Below, in pieces: positions 22,801 to 37,800 of a stretch of DNA of 64,000 nucleotides; position 1 is the first letter of the stretch; every line of letters begins with the position of its first letter. The DNA is taken from contig OZ076409.1 in assembly GCA_964187785.1 (NCBI GenBank), forward strand, positions 98,458,001 to 98,522,000, written 5' to 3'. This DNA is from Amphiscolops sp. MND2022. Lineage: Eukaryota. Under the pieces are notes generated by a model. The model did no database searches, was not told the origin of the DNA, and saw only the letters and a list, made by a program, of their open reading frames with translations. The position numbers and the translations under genes are program-made.

Positions 22801-25800
22801 GAACGTCGCTCCGCTTCGCTCCTGCATTTAGGGCACTAGGAGTATGTGAACATAGCTGACTACGTTATCGTATAATTGAATGCTCGAATTTGATTGGCCG
22901 AAATCAATTCATTCCATTTCGTCATACCTTTCTCGCTAAATTAATACGTGTTCGACGAATTGAACAGTCCCCCATTAAATGATTTTTGTCTCGTGTTTGT
23001 TCTAGTGTTGTTAGATAAAAATGAATTGATAAATATCAATGATAAAAATCAAGATAATTATCAAGCTCAGTTTTCATTATCACTGATTAAAATCAAATTC
23101 GACGCTTGCACGCCTGGTCGGGTCTAGCTCAATTAGGCGATCGGTCAGCTAACCGATTGATAAATTGGAAGACTTCAGCTTTTTTGTAAATTCATTAGTT
23201 TATTCAACTTCGCTCACGGTGGTATGGATTATAGCCGAACGAGATTAAAGACGAATGTTTTTTTTGAATTTTCAATCATTGCCTTGCGTAATCTTTCAAC
23301 TGAGCATCGGAGAGTGTGTTGACAAAGCGGGAAAACTTTGTTTCAAAGTTCTGAATAAATAACGAATTTGTTAATTTTGTCTCTGACTTGCACGTAATTC
23401 AATTGTTTCTGCCCAACCCTATTTTTATCGGATTTTTTTGATAATTTTTATATTTTTTTTTATAAAAATCGGATATTTTTGATTTTTCAAATAAAATCAA
23501 GATTTTTAACAACATTAGTTTGTTCACATGCGTTTGTTCAGGTCGTGACATGACGATCAGTCTGGACGGGTACGAGACGTATGCGCGCATCAAGGGCAGC
23601 TTCGAGAACCTCAACATCGACACCCGGCTGACGTTCGGGGGCACTGACCGCTTCCAGCTGGAAGGCATCAACATCCAGCAGATGTTCAAGGGCTGCATGG
23701 AGAACCTCAAGGTCAACGGATACCTCGTCATCTCCGAGGTCCAGCGCAAGAGTTCCGCTTTCTCCATCAAAGGTGAAGACTACGCACTACGCACTACTTA
23801 CCGCCCGCCGTATTTTCTTGCAACAAGACGGGAACGTCTCAAGTCGGCGCTATCTCAAAAGCGCAAAGTTTTTAAAACTTTAAATTGTGCTTTCTGTAAA
23901 TCGAAGTTTGTTCGGATATAACGTCGACGTTTGTTCGGATATAGCGCTTTACTCCGGATAGTACGTCAAAATTTCGGATAGTATTGAAACAATTATTTGT
24001 GGGTGTATACTGAGAAAACCTAATATCAGTCAAAAATGAGAATTTTGAACAGCTCATAGTGTCGAAAAGTTTGAAAGGGTGGGATTTTTTAACCTTTATT
24101 TTGTTGCAAAATATCAGAAAATTTACAAGAGTTCCGCTTTCTCCGTTAAAGGTAGGCACTACTTACTACTTGCCAGTGAATTAGCTTTTCCCAAAAAACT
24201 CGCTTATCGCTTGTTGCGCTTGTGAATGACATGCTTACGCTTAAGCGGCGCTTTTTGGAAGAAAACGTTGGCTCAGTGAATTTTAGTTCTCAAAAGCTGC
24301 AATTTCTTAAAAACATATTGCGAAATTTTGCAAATTTCGATCGGCTACTTTCTTATCTCAGCAAACTACCACCACCAGAGACAATATTTTCTATGTTACT
24401 AATGCCGGCTAAACCTCTCAGTACAAAAAACTTGGCGCTCTTATAGAGTTGGGCACTTTATGTAACCAAAATAGCTTAAACTTTTGACCAATTAGATGAG
24501 CGCAAATTTCAGTCGTCGCTTTCGCTGTCGCCGCTTATTCGGATATTACTTCGCTTTTTTCCACTTCCGCTTAGAAGCGACCTAATTCACTGCTACCCAC
24601 TACTTATCGCCGTATTTTCTTGGAACGTATTTTTCTTGTCGGCGCTATATCTAAGACTCAAAAGAACTCGCCAAAAATTCTTCGGCCGAAAGCTCGTCGC
24701 AAGTACTGAAAATCCGCCCTTGGATACACTTCGGTTCTTGAGTATTCGGTAATTTTCAACCGTATAAATTACATTGCGTACTTGCTAACTGGGAGCCTTT
24801 TGTGTTTGTGCTGCAGAGTTTTTCTACTCCACGTGCCAGGAGCCGGAAGAGGTTCCAGTGACGTTTGAGGACTACAACAGTCTGGTGTACATCCAGGGCT
24901 CCACCTGGTCCACGAAGCAGTCGTTTCTGGACAAGATAGCCTCCAACCGCAACGCCCTCAAGCCGTTCCTGGTCGTGCAGTTCTCCTTCCGCACGTGGGA
25001 AGAGACTGGCCTCATCCTCTACAACGGCTACCAGGGGGGGTACCTGCAGATAGGACTCTACCAGGGACTGCTACAGGTGCTCATTTACATAGGCAACGAC
25101 CCCACTCCATACAGACCCGCCAATATCGGTTGGTACCTAAAACAAGCCGGAAACGGCATAGGTCGGGGCCATATCTAAGGCTCAAAAATAGTACAAGACT
25201 TCAAAGTGTCAAGTATTTTTTTACAGTACCCGAAAAACCCAAAAGTTAGACCGAATAAGTTCTTTGGGCCAAATGGTCCAATTTGACACTTTAAAGTTTC
25301 GTAGAACTTTGTAGAACTATTTTGGCCAGATCGTGTGGATTGAAAAAGGAGTCACTATTATAGTCGCCTTTTACTTAATGAAGCGCCGGCTAAAAACACT
25401 GAATTTCCTCATATGATAAATACAAAATATTTCACATATACGAGTGCAGTGTAGAAATTTAAATTTCATGTAATTAAAGGACAATTATTTTAGATTAATT
25501 CATTATTTAAACCGATGTTCACTTCAACCTTTTCGGCTGTATTGCGGTCGGTCAACTTCACTTACATCTATGAACATGAATATTCACACAAAGCTCTATG
25601 ATTCAGCCAGAAAATTTTATTTGGCAAGAGGATTTTTAGGAGTCTGTAAAAATGTTTGACTACTTATGCACTCGTGCCTTTTTTCCTCCAGATCTTTCAA
25701 TGAAAATTTCAAATTTATCAAATACTTTTCATACGATTTTTATAAAATTTAGCACAGTCTTTCTACGCCCAAAGGTGCTTCCGCGTGCGAAATGGCATCG

Positions 25801-28800
25801 GAATCGTATGACAGAGATTTGAGAAACTTGACCAAAATTAGCCCAAAAATGACTAAATGGCAATGTATGTATTTCGTGTTGCAATATTTTCATTGGGTTC
25901 CGACTCCTTTACCGGACATGCGGCTCTTTAAAAATTTGCCTACTTGACATGTTCGTATGATGGTAGGACTTCAGATTACCGTAATCCAAGTTTAGTCGTA
26001 AAGTTGAAAATGAAAATGCCTACTGTTAGTAGTTAGTGGTACTAGGTGAACCAAAAAACGGAGTGCATGAAAATTTTTGAGCTCTCAAGTTTCACATATT
26101 TGTCGACGAATGTTTCGAAATTACTCGAATTGCAATTCAGCTTGTTAGTCATTCAATTTGACAACTTTTCAAAATCAAAAGTGTGAAAGGAATGACTGGT
26201 AAATACATCTACACTTTTTATGAAGGTTTGGATCTTTCTTCGTGGAAGATTTGATTACGTAATGAGGGGATGATTAAAAGAGAAAGTGAGAGGTTATCAG
26301 TGTCTTGTTTGCAAATTTAAGAATGTGAAGAATGAATATTTTGTGGGTTCCGTTTTTTGGTTCACCTAGTAAAAATTAGGGTTCGTGTCTATACCTAAAT
26401 GTGACCTACTCTCGATTTTTTTATGAGTTTTTGAAGACAATGGTAGGACTCAACTTTCCAGGGCAGGGGTGTTCAATTAATTATTGTAACGAACAAATAC
26501 CGCAATTAAACAATCACAGTTATTGATTTAATGACTCTGTTTTCCATCAAATATTGATTGCGTGTAATCCTGTGGGGGAAATAATTAATTGTGGTGTGAC
26601 ATTTTAAACCATTACTCCAACAAGGTTTCATATATTTTAGTCGAGCGAAATTTATGATGACTATGATTATAGAAAGAAACTTTCGCCAAGCAATTTTGAG
26701 TCTCAAATGTTTCTAATGACTAATAAAGCATTTTGGACTCATTTTGATGTACAAGAAATTTGGTAAATTCAAATTTCTTCATCAGTTTATTTTTGAGCAC
26801 ACTAATTTCAATTATTGATTTTTTAGAAGTAAAAAATTAGTTTATTGATTTTTGGGCTCTTTCTGTTTTCTCCCCCACCACCAAGAACTTTTTTGTAAAA
26901 CTAGTGAAAAAATTATAACACAAAGACCAGAAACCTTCAATTTTAAATTGATTCTTTCTAGGGAACTGTCTATGACAGTTTAGAATTGAGATACAAACTT
27001 TGTTCACACTAGTTTTGCTCATGAAGTCACGCATTCTTGATGAACACTCAATAGGAAAAGGCCCGATTTTTGTAGGCTTAGCTTCAAATATATTGTTTCA
27101 GGTTCCTGTCAATAGTTGTGTTTTGGCAACATTTGTCTAGGCTACTTTCAAAATATGTTATCCTCATAATCCAGGGTTTTCATGATCGAGGCTCAGCTGC
27201 ATCAAGTATTTTGCGCAGACAACAAAATGACGTGACGTGTATTTATGGCAAGGCGGTAATCATGCCAATGTATTAGGCCACCGCTGTCGACTAAATAGTA
27301 AATCGGGTGCTGCAAATTGCTCTCTTATTGACAGATTAGCCTTATTTAGATTTATCAACCCTTTCCCAATCCTTTCAACGTGTTTCCTACCCCCCAATTG
27401 TCTCAAGTCACACTTTAAACATGGACACATTGAATAAATGGCATAATAATCATACCATTTCATTCGCCATTTCATGTTACAAACTTCACTGAAATGTGAC
27501 CTGGTATGCGCTTGGAACTAATTTAATAGTCTTGACAAAAGATAGGCTTGAATTGTGAATAAGAAATGTTGAATCGATGAAAATATGCAACCACTAGTAA
27601 GTTGAAGAAATTGGCACAAAAGTATGCGAGCTAAAAAGTAGTTGAATTTGCTGAGTAATGTTTGTGTCATTTTTATCAAAGTATTGGTGGCATAGAGAGC
27701 GCTTTCGCTTTATATATACACATGAAACAGTGGTTTCAAGGATTCTTTTGACCAAAACATGCTTTATTTTATCTCTTCAACGGCCGGCCGAGCAAACATG
27801 TTTTAACACAGACGTTAGGCTCGTTTCATGCTGCTATCTTACATGTTTCATATATGCGGATCGTTCGAAAATACTACGTACAAAATAATGATACACTTTT
27901 TGCTGAGATGGTCTATTTAAGGCTGAAATTCTGTAGCATGTCACTTAGTCGTGTATTTTGCTACCATCAGCAATAGAAGGGTGAGATCTTCTAAGGCACC
28001 ATGTGTCTTATCCCCCCCAAGCGTCCGCGAAGGGGAAATAAGACAGAACGTTCAAATACCATTATGTCGACATCGTTTGCGTTGAAATTTTTTTCAAATA
28101 AAATAATTGACGTCGACATAATCTTACATTGGTTATCAGTTAAAGTTGCTCATTTAATCTTATCGCGGAGAAAATTTGCGTTGGAATAGGGGCCTTTTTG
28201 TACAATTTTAGCTTGTTCCAAGCGTGAATTTTTACTGTTTGTGCTATTTTTGACAATAATATCGGAAAATTAGGGTCATTTTTTATGAAAGTGTCAAAAC
28301 AGCTCTCAAGACAATTCTCTAAGTATTTACATGCGCATAATATTCTCTTGTTGGTGAAATATTTTATTAAAGAACAAAATGTGATTTCGTGTTGGGGGTG
28401 GGGGGGGGTTTGGATTCGAACAAGGTGTACCTGGGGAAATAAGACACATGGTCCCTTTTAAGTAACTAAATTGGGAAGAATCAGCATTTAGCCCATGTTG
28501 CCAACTTTCTTCCTTCCCACCATGAACATGAAAATGGACAAGAAAACCCGTTGTTTCAAATTGAATTCGACATAGCGAATATGTCAAAGTCGCGCTAATG
28601 GAATTCGCTAATGGAACGTTCTTTGGACGTGATACTTATATCTCAACGGATCGGATTTTGACGGGTGCTTTAAAAGCATGTATTTTTCTTTTCCCCGATG
28701 TAAATAGTTGGGAAAATCGATAAATAAAGTAATTCTAGCACACAACAGTTGGTGACACAAATGAAAATTGACTGAATCAGCTTTCTTTCTACTTTTTTCA

Positions 28801-31800
28801 AATGCGAAGTTGCTTTGAATTGAATAAGTTATATTTTTTCAAGAACGTTGGGTCGTTCTTTGTTAACGTTGTAGTTTATTCAGTACGTTGGTTGAAGGGA
28901 TGGTGGCTTTTAGGTCAGTAACCTTTGAAGTTTTGAATAGTTGTGTTGGAGAATTAAGATGAAGTGATGTCAATATATGAAGAACCCGAGTTTAGACCGC
29001 CTATGTAATCACAGTGAAGCAGCTGCGCGTTGATGAATAAATACAGTTTGTCATAACTAAGTTTTCAGGTCAAAATTTCCACCGTGTTTCACAACTAAAA
29101 TAACCAACCAATACCATCTTACGTTAAGTATTTCGAATCTCAGTTGGGGCTATAGAAAACATTCACCTAAAAATTCACGCCGTTTCAAAAGGATCCTGAC
29201 TTTTTGACATTGGAATTCATCGAATTCATCAGATATTTTAGGACTTCCATTTTTAACTCGGCGTTTTTGTTAGAAAATGCAGACTGTGAGCTGCTTACTG
29301 ATCTTTAAAAAGCCACAACTAAGAGTCTATAGATATTTCTATAACTTCACTTCCCAAGTCATTTCGCCTCTTGGATGGAGTGTGGATGGCCAACGATTGC
29401 ATTCATTTTCGCCAAGGTGAATGTGACCAAAGGTGACTCCTTTGGGTTTTTTCGGCACTGTGCGACTTTTTTCTCGATTTTTTTCATTTCATCAAAAGGT
29501 TACTTCGCGTTTTGGATGTTTTCGGTTTGGAAAAGCGTTTTGTGAGTTCGAAGAGTGTCTTTTTGATTTTTTGGCACTATGCTCTTTTCGATTTATTTAA
29601 AATTATGGGCCTTTTTAAGGTTCTTGATTTATGCAAAAAGCCGTTGGGGGGGAAATGGGGTAACATTCTCGGGCAATGGTTGCCGCTGTGAGATTGCTGA
29701 CAATTTCACAGTAGTTTTCCCTTCACATGGACTTCGCTCTTTTTGAGCCTTAAGCTGCTCGCGACTTGGGCCGTTCCCTGTTCGTTTCGGTACTAGGGGC
29801 TTATATTTTCCGTATAAATTTTCGTGCTTTTTCTGACTCGCAATTTTTCTGACTGAAATAAACACCCTTGTGTTGGAGCGAAGGAGGTATGAGATTTTGT
29901 TGGGAAGCTACGCCGACACTATCCCATTTATCAGATCGGATATAAGGCATCTTGTGTTTAGTCGGCGCTTTTCTAGTGAAAAATGCCCGACTATTACAGT
30001 GGCTAGTTTTTAGTCGGCGCTTTTCTAGTGAAAAGTGCCCGACTATTACAGTGGCTAGTTTTTTTTCTTTTTTTTTCCGTCAGACTACAATCTCACTCTG
30101 ATTGGGCCACTTTTCTTACAATCGAAACTACTAAAACTACTACCATAAGGCCAAGTCCGGTCAGCGGAAATTAGTGCAAAAGGGTCCCCCCTTTCATTTT
30201 TAAACTTTTTTAACGTAACCTACAAAACCGGACGAGACTAAAGGGTCCCTCCTTTCGATTTTTTTCGGCATTGTGCGACTTTTTTCGAAAATTTTTCAAT
30301 GTCTCAAAAGAGTCCCCCTTTCGAGTTTTTTGATTTTTTGCAACAGAATATGTTAATAAAGCCCAAAGGGTCCCCCCTTTTACACTTTTTGGCACTTTGC
30401 GACACTTTTTGGAAAAAAAATTAAAAATTTCAAGTTTTTTTTCAAAAAAAAGTCTTGCGCTTTTTGAGCCTTAGATATAGCGCCGTTTATAGACGTTCCC
30501 GTCTTGTTTTTTTTTTTGGTCAGACTACAATCTCACTCTGATTGGGCCACATTTCTTACAATCGAAACTACTAAAACTACTAGCATAAGAGGCCAAGTCA
30601 GGTCAGTGGAAATTAGTGCAAAAGGGTCCCCCCTTTCATTTTTTACTTTTTTACCGTAACCTCCAAAACCGGACGAGACTAAAGGGTCCCTCCTTTCGAT
30701 TTTTTTCGGCATTGTGCGACTTTTTTCGAAAATTTTTTAATGTCCCAAAAGAGTCCCCCTTTCGAGTTCCCCTTTCGAGTTTTTTGATATTTGGCAACAG
30801 AATGTATGTTAATAAAGCCCAAAGGGTCCCCCTTTTACATTTTTCGGCAATATGTGGCATTTTCTGAAAGAAAAAAATTCAAAATTTTCAAGTTTTTTTT
30901 TTAAAAAAGACTTTTGCGCTTTTTAGTCTTAGATGTAGCGCCGACTTCAGACGTTCCCGTCTTGTTTTTTTTACATTCATCATTGAAACAAAAAAGAAAT
31001 TGAAATTTGATTTCAATGCCGTGTTTTCAAGTGAAGTTAAAAATGATGATTATAGTCAAAAATCCGGATTTTTTTAATGGAATTTTTAATGAAAGATCAG
31101 TGATCCGAAACGCGTCATTAGACGAATTTAATGTTAACCTTGACAATTTGTTTTTCCTATCATTCCAATAGAAGTTAGCTTCCTGTTATGTAAAAAACTT
31201 CACTTCGAATTCAAACAGTTTGAAATTTTTTTTTGTAATTTTCCCTCAAAAAATTTTAATGGAGTACAGAAAAGAGCCAATCCATCTATGCCAGCACGTT
31301 TCCGAGTTAGATTATTTTTCTCATTTCTTGAAAATTTCATTTCGCACTGCTAATGTTAGTGTGTTAATTCTTCAATCACTTTGGCGGTACTGCCAATTTG
31401 TTTGAAGTGCACTATTTTTGTGAATTCTTGAAAATACATTTTGGTAGGTGCGAAAGCTAACTTTTGTCAATTCTTGAAAAAATCAAAACTTACCAGATTG
31501 GCGTCGTAATGTAGATTATGCAGTCACGGTTGTTTCATAAGTAGTCATCGAACTCAGAACGGGTTATTGTTCATAAGATACCAGTATTACACAGGGCGGC
31601 AAGCGGAAATTTTCTTTCTGATTGTGCCGCTGTTATCCGACCAGTTTGAAAATTGTTAAATCAAATCGTTCACTATCATCAACTTGAAGTGAAATACAAA
31701 GTTGCGTTCATAATCAATCCAAAAATGTGCTGCTGAAATTTTGATTTTGTACTGAAAATTTTGTTGGGTCAGCGTTCTGGGTCAGTCAAATTCAGACCGC

Positions 31801-34800
31801 CGCACTCGTGATTATCGAATTGATCTTGATCAGAATTTGATGACTCATCGTTCTTGGCTGTTGATAGTTTTTAGTCGGCGCATTTTAGTAGAAAATGAGC
31901 CCGACTATTACAGTGGGTACTTTTTTTTAGACAGACTCGAAGCGACGAACGTTAAAATGTACGTTCAACTACTGATTACAGTACTACTAAAATACTGGCA
32001 GCGCATTTAAGATAGTGCAAAGGGTCCCCCTTTCAGTTAGTCCATTTTTATCGTAACCTACAAAACCGGCCGAGACTGTGCGACATTTTCCGAAAGAGAA
32101 AAATTTTCGAAAATTTCAAGTTTTTTTCCAAAAAAAGTCTTTTGCGCTTTTTGAGACTTAGATATAGCGCCGACTTTAGACGTTCCCGTCTTTTCAAAGA
32201 CTTGAGCTAATCTCTTTAAGGCATACAGAACGTCACCTATAGGCTGATGACTGAGTGTTATGCGTTTTCACGATACTAGAACGGACAAAAGGGTCTCTTT
32301 TTGACCTTTTCTGACATTGTAAGTTTTTTCATGTTCCTGAAGGGTCACTCCCTCATTTGATTGAATGCTTTGCTATTTTGTAACCTCGTGGAATACAAAA
32401 GAGTCATAAAGCACCCCACTTTTGATTTTTTGGCATTTGCGACTGTTTTGAAATTTGAATGACTTTACCCTTTTCGCGTCTTCAATGGGGGCGCTGATTT
32501 CGACATTTCGTGGAAGTTTTCCAAGTTTTTCCACACCTTGTCAAAGTCGAGCTAAAATGGTAATATTTTACAATTGTGGACGCAATTATGTCATTAATGT
32601 GCAATAATGCTCGATGCGAAAGACGGTGGTAGGGATTATAGCCGAACAGAAAGACGAATAGTTTTATAGCAGAATAAGATTGAATTCTCAACTGTAATCG
32701 GCCAAACCACTTGAGGAGGAAGCTTCAATCTCGTAACTGTTATGTAACAATTAATTTCAGTCAGAAGAAATGAAGTTAGTACACTCAACTCCCTTTATAA
32801 CGATTACGTTTATAACGATATTCCGGTTATAGCGATAGTTTCAAGGTCCCGGCCACGATGCTAGTATATAACGATTTTCCCCTATAACTATATTCGGATA
32901 TAACGATTAACAAGACGAGAACGTCTGAAGTCGGCGCTATATCTAAGGCTCGAAAAAGCGCAAAACATTTTTTTGGAAAAAAACTTGAAATTTTCGGAAA
33001 ATGTCACACAGTGCCGAAAATGTAAAAGGGGGGACCTTTTTTGATTTATGAACATGCATTCTGTTGCAAAATAACAAAAAACTCAAGGGGGGACCCTTTG
33101 GGACATAAAAAAAATTTCGAAAGAAGTCGCACAGTGCCGAAAAAAATCAAAAGGGGGGACCCTTTAGTCTCGGCCGGTTTTGTAGGTTACGATAAAAATG
33201 GACTAACTGAAAGGGGGGACCTTTGCAGTATCTTAAATGCGCTGCCAGTATTTTAGTAGTACTGTAATTAGTTCGTCGCTTCGAGTCTGTTCTAAATAAA
33301 AAAAACGAGTGACTGTAATAGTCGGGCTCTTTTATTAATAAAAGCGCCGACTAAAAACGCCGGTCCCCGGGCAATCGTTATAAGCGGAGTTGAGTGTACA
33401 TGAAGAAGTGGTTATAATCACAAGCGGCGACTGAAATCTGCTGTTCGGCGAAAGACATGAAGGCATAGATTTGACTTGAAGTGTTGAAATGATATGTTGT
33501 GTTGTGTTGTGTTGCGGCAGGGTACCAGGGTCTGAACGACGGGGCGTGGCACAAAGCGAGACTGGAGTTCAGCGAGAACTTCATCGTGGCCATCATCGAC
33601 GAGGAGACCTACGCCGTCAACCGCCTCTTCAACAAATTCACTCCCTCGGCCGACTACCACTTCGGCGGATACAACCCAGGTACGTGTATGTATCAGGGTA
33701 TTGTACACAGTGATGACCATTTTTTATTCATAATTTAAATTATTAATTTAATTTAAAATAGCCATAACTACAACAATTTAAATTATCGTGAATTTAAATT
33801 ATCCGTGAATTTGAGTGTCAATAAAAATGGTACTTGGTTCAAATTTCAGTTGCTGGGCCGTGTTTTTCTAAGGCGTCTTTTATGTCATCGGACAGAAAAA
33901 AGCAGCCCAAATTAGTACCTTAAAAGATCGACTACACCCAGTTTCTTTGTAAGAACACTTCTATAAGAATCTGTAGGTAGTGTTCTGATAGAAAAACTGG
34001 GTGTAGTTCTTCTTGTCACTTTTTTACAATTGCTTGATACTTTAAATTATCGCAATTATTTTTTTTCGTAATTTATATTATGAAAAATCATTTATATTAA
34101 TATAAATGTACATCACTGATTGTACACGATATACGATTATACGAAATCCCCAATTTGCTAAACGAAATACATTTTTAGGAGTCGGAAAAAATTTTCGACT
34201 ACTTATGCAATCGTGCTGTTTTTTTTTTGTTTTTTTTTCTCCCGAGCTTTTCATGAAAATTTCAAATTTCTCAAAAACTGTCCATACGATTTTCACGAAA
34301 TTTTGCACAGTCATTCTACACCCAAAGGGGCCCCTGCGTGTGCAAAGGCATCAAAATCGTATGGCCTGGATGTGAGAAACATAGCCAAAATTAGCCCAAA
34401 AATGGCCAAAAAACAGTCATTTTTCGACTTTTTTCGATTTTCTCAAAAACTGTCCATACGATTCGAACGAAATTTTCTACAGTTATTCTACACCATATTA
34501 GAGTCCTATATGTGCAATGGCATCAAAATCGTATGGCTGGGATGTGAGAAACATAGCCAAAATTAGCCCAAAAATGGCCAAAAAACAGCCATTTTTCGAC
34601 TTTTTTCGATTTTCTCAAAAACTGTCCATACGATTCGAATGAAATTTTCTACAGTTATTCTACACCATACTAGAGTCCTATATGTGCAGTGGCATCAAAA
34701 TCGTATGGCCTGGATTTGAGAAACATAGCCAAAATTAGCCCAAAAAGGGCCAAAAAACAGCCATTTTTCGACTTTTTTCGATTTTCTCAAAAACTGTCCA

Positions 34801-37800
34801 TACGATTCGAACGAAATTTTCTACAGTCATTCTACACCATATTATGGTCCTTTATGTGCAATTTAATTAAATTCGTATGGCTGAGATGTGAGAAACATAG
34901 CCAAATTTAGCCCAAAAATGGCCAAAAAAAAGTCATTTTTCGATTTTTTCGATTTTTTCACAAACTGTTCATACGATTCGAACGAAAGCGAGTCAGAAGG
35001 AAAAAAACTTAAGCCGACTCCTTTACCGCATATGCGGCTCTGGTTTACGAAGCTGCCATTATTATACGAGTTATACGGAGAATCGCATTTCAGTCTTTTT
35101 GCGTCAATTTTCCCGTTACCGAATAAGGAAACGTTTCAAAGTTATTACACTTGCGATAAGCAAGTGTTATGGGAATGTGCGGGTGCTTTTTTTCCGCGCG
35201 ACAACTCTCTCGTTTCAGCCCGCAAGTCGCATAGTTCAGGTGTTCGTGGTCTAGCGGTAAGATTCTTGCTTTTCAATCCAGAGGGTTCGTGCTCGAACCC
35301 GTGAGTATGCGCTAATTTTTTTAAAAGTATTCCGAAGCAGAAGGTTCTCACTTTCGGTACTCTGAGACTCATCCCTTTTTCGGCTTTGTGGGACTTTTTT
35401 TCTAAATTTTTTTCCTCTCCAAAGGGTCCCCCTTCAATTTGTTGTGATATTTTGCAACAGAGCGAGTGTTAAAAAATCTCAAAGGGTCCCTTCTTTCAGA
35501 TTTTTCGGCACTATGAGACTGTTAAAAATTATCATTTTGTTTTTTTTTCGAAAATTTTTCAAAGACTCCAATGGGTTCCCGTTCATTTTTTTTTTGAACA
35601 TTTGCAACAGAATGGTTGTTAAAAAATCTCCAAGGGCCCCCTTTTACAGTTTTCGGCATTGTGAGAAATTTCAAAATGAATAATTTTTGTCTTAAAATTA
35701 GGTTTTCTGAGGCCCAGCACGCTATATCCGAATTTTGTTTTTTTTAAAGACCGGCGTTTTTTCTATGCTACTTCTTTCAAATTTGTTTTCATCGACGCCC
35801 CCCCTCACTTTTTACTTAAAATGAAACGTTTGCGAGCATAAAGGACTGCTCAAGGTTTTCGGCACTATGCGACTTACCGGAGACCTTCTTCAAAAATGTT
35901 TTCGAAAAAATTCGAATATTTTTCCCTTATTTTTCTGTTTTTTTTTTAAAAAAAAATGTTTCCGGTTGAGAAAGATGGTTTTTTTGCTGTTTCCAGTTGG
36001 GGAAGAATGGTTTTCGAGATATTCCTTTCGGGTATTTTTTGGCGCTGTAAAATTGATGAAATTTTAACAATGTCATTTTACACTTGGTTCTCCGCATGAT
36101 TTTGCTTATTTGGTTTTCTTCAAAAGTTCGCAACCTTCTGCGCAAGTGTTTGCAAAGCACGGCTTCGCCTCTGTGTGAAAATTTTGTGTAAAATTGAAAT
36201 GAAATGCATCCGAAAATGGCAATAGGCTATATGGGATTCGGAAAGGGGCTATTGCGATCCCTTTTTTGAAGCAGTTAACACTTTCCGATAGAAAAATGAT
36301 CCAAAAAATATGCTCTGTGCCTTTTATACGATACAAGAGGCGAATTATACGAATGTACGATATATGAAACCTTCGATTATATGATTACACGTTATAAGAG
36401 GAACTCAGTATACGACAATACACATCTCATCTCTATGATTTATTTACATTGGCCAATTCTCTTAAATTTTGTGAACTCCATTGAAAATCACTGAAGTACA
36501 TTTTTAAGCGGTTCTGGGACAACGCCCAATAATTTGAACAAACCGGGAACGGCATAAGTCGGCGCCATATTTAAGGCTCAAAAATAGCAAAAGGACTTCA
36601 AAGTGTCAAGTATTCTTTTACATTACCTGAAAACCCAAAAGTTGGACCGAATTGGCGCCATTTTTACCATCCATTGTCGCAAAACATCAAAAAATTGAAG
36701 GGCGATCTTTGGGGAAACATTTTTTCCGTCTCACAATGCCGAAAAAACTGAAAGGGGTACCCTTTAATCTCGCCCGGTATTATTGTATGCAATGCGGAAA
36801 AAAGGAAACTTTTTTGGTTCTGTTCGCAAGGCCAAATGCTTCAATTTGACACCATAAAATTTCGTAGAACTTTGTAGAACTATTTTGGTCAGTTAGTGTG
36901 GATTCAAAAAAACAGTCACTATAATAGTCGCATCGCGTTTCACTTCATGAAAGCGCCGACTAAAAATCGTATGTTTTATTGTGCATAATGTCAGGAAACC
37001 GCTAAAGGAATGTTGGCGAAATCCGTTGACTCCATCACTCAAGTGTGCCTACTCCTATTTGGCTGTTATAAATTTGTAACACCGTCTGTTGATAAATCGC
37101 CGATATATGACTCACTATTGGATTCTAGATTTCAAATTGAACGAAGTGTTTAGAGTACAAAGCCGCTTCTGTTGTCAATATATCTATCATCTATATCAAA
37201 GTTCTTCGAAGTTGCGAAATTTTAGTTAAGATTAGAGTTGGCCCATCTGTGAAATGCATGATGCATGATTCTCACATCGATTGAAGCAGTCAAAACGAGT
37301 TGCCTCTTCAGAGTCGAATGATTTGGAATCGAAAATTGCAGCCAATTTGTTGAATTATTTGGGATCGAATTATACATGATACCCTTGCGATAAGCAAGTG
37401 TTGTGGGAAAGTGTGGGTGCTTTTTTCAGCGCGACAACTCTCGTTTCACACAACACAAATGAGACACAACACAAATGAGAAGCTAACAAACAGTCGGCTG
37501 TGCGTTGCATTTTGGAAGTCAAAGTTACGTAATCTTTGTCCGCTTTACAGAAAACTTTCTTCAAAATGGCTGAATTAAACATTGAAACAGCATTGAATTC
37601 GATTGAAAACACTAATTTAAAGAGTGTTATCTTGCATTTATTGGACAATCTTGCCAAGAAAGATGAGAAAATTATCCATTTATCCAATAGAATTACTGAC
37701 TTAGAGGGAAGAGTGACGGAATTAGAGAAGTATTCGTCTAAAGATTGTATAATTTTTAACAATTTACCAATCCAAAAGAGTTCAATACCACTTCAACAGC

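Noticed and set aside
25200..37300. Numerous 60-140 aa F/K-rich ORFs in NrxIV introns
   Set aside because: They are translations of non-coding Helentron/MITE repeats with no domain signal.
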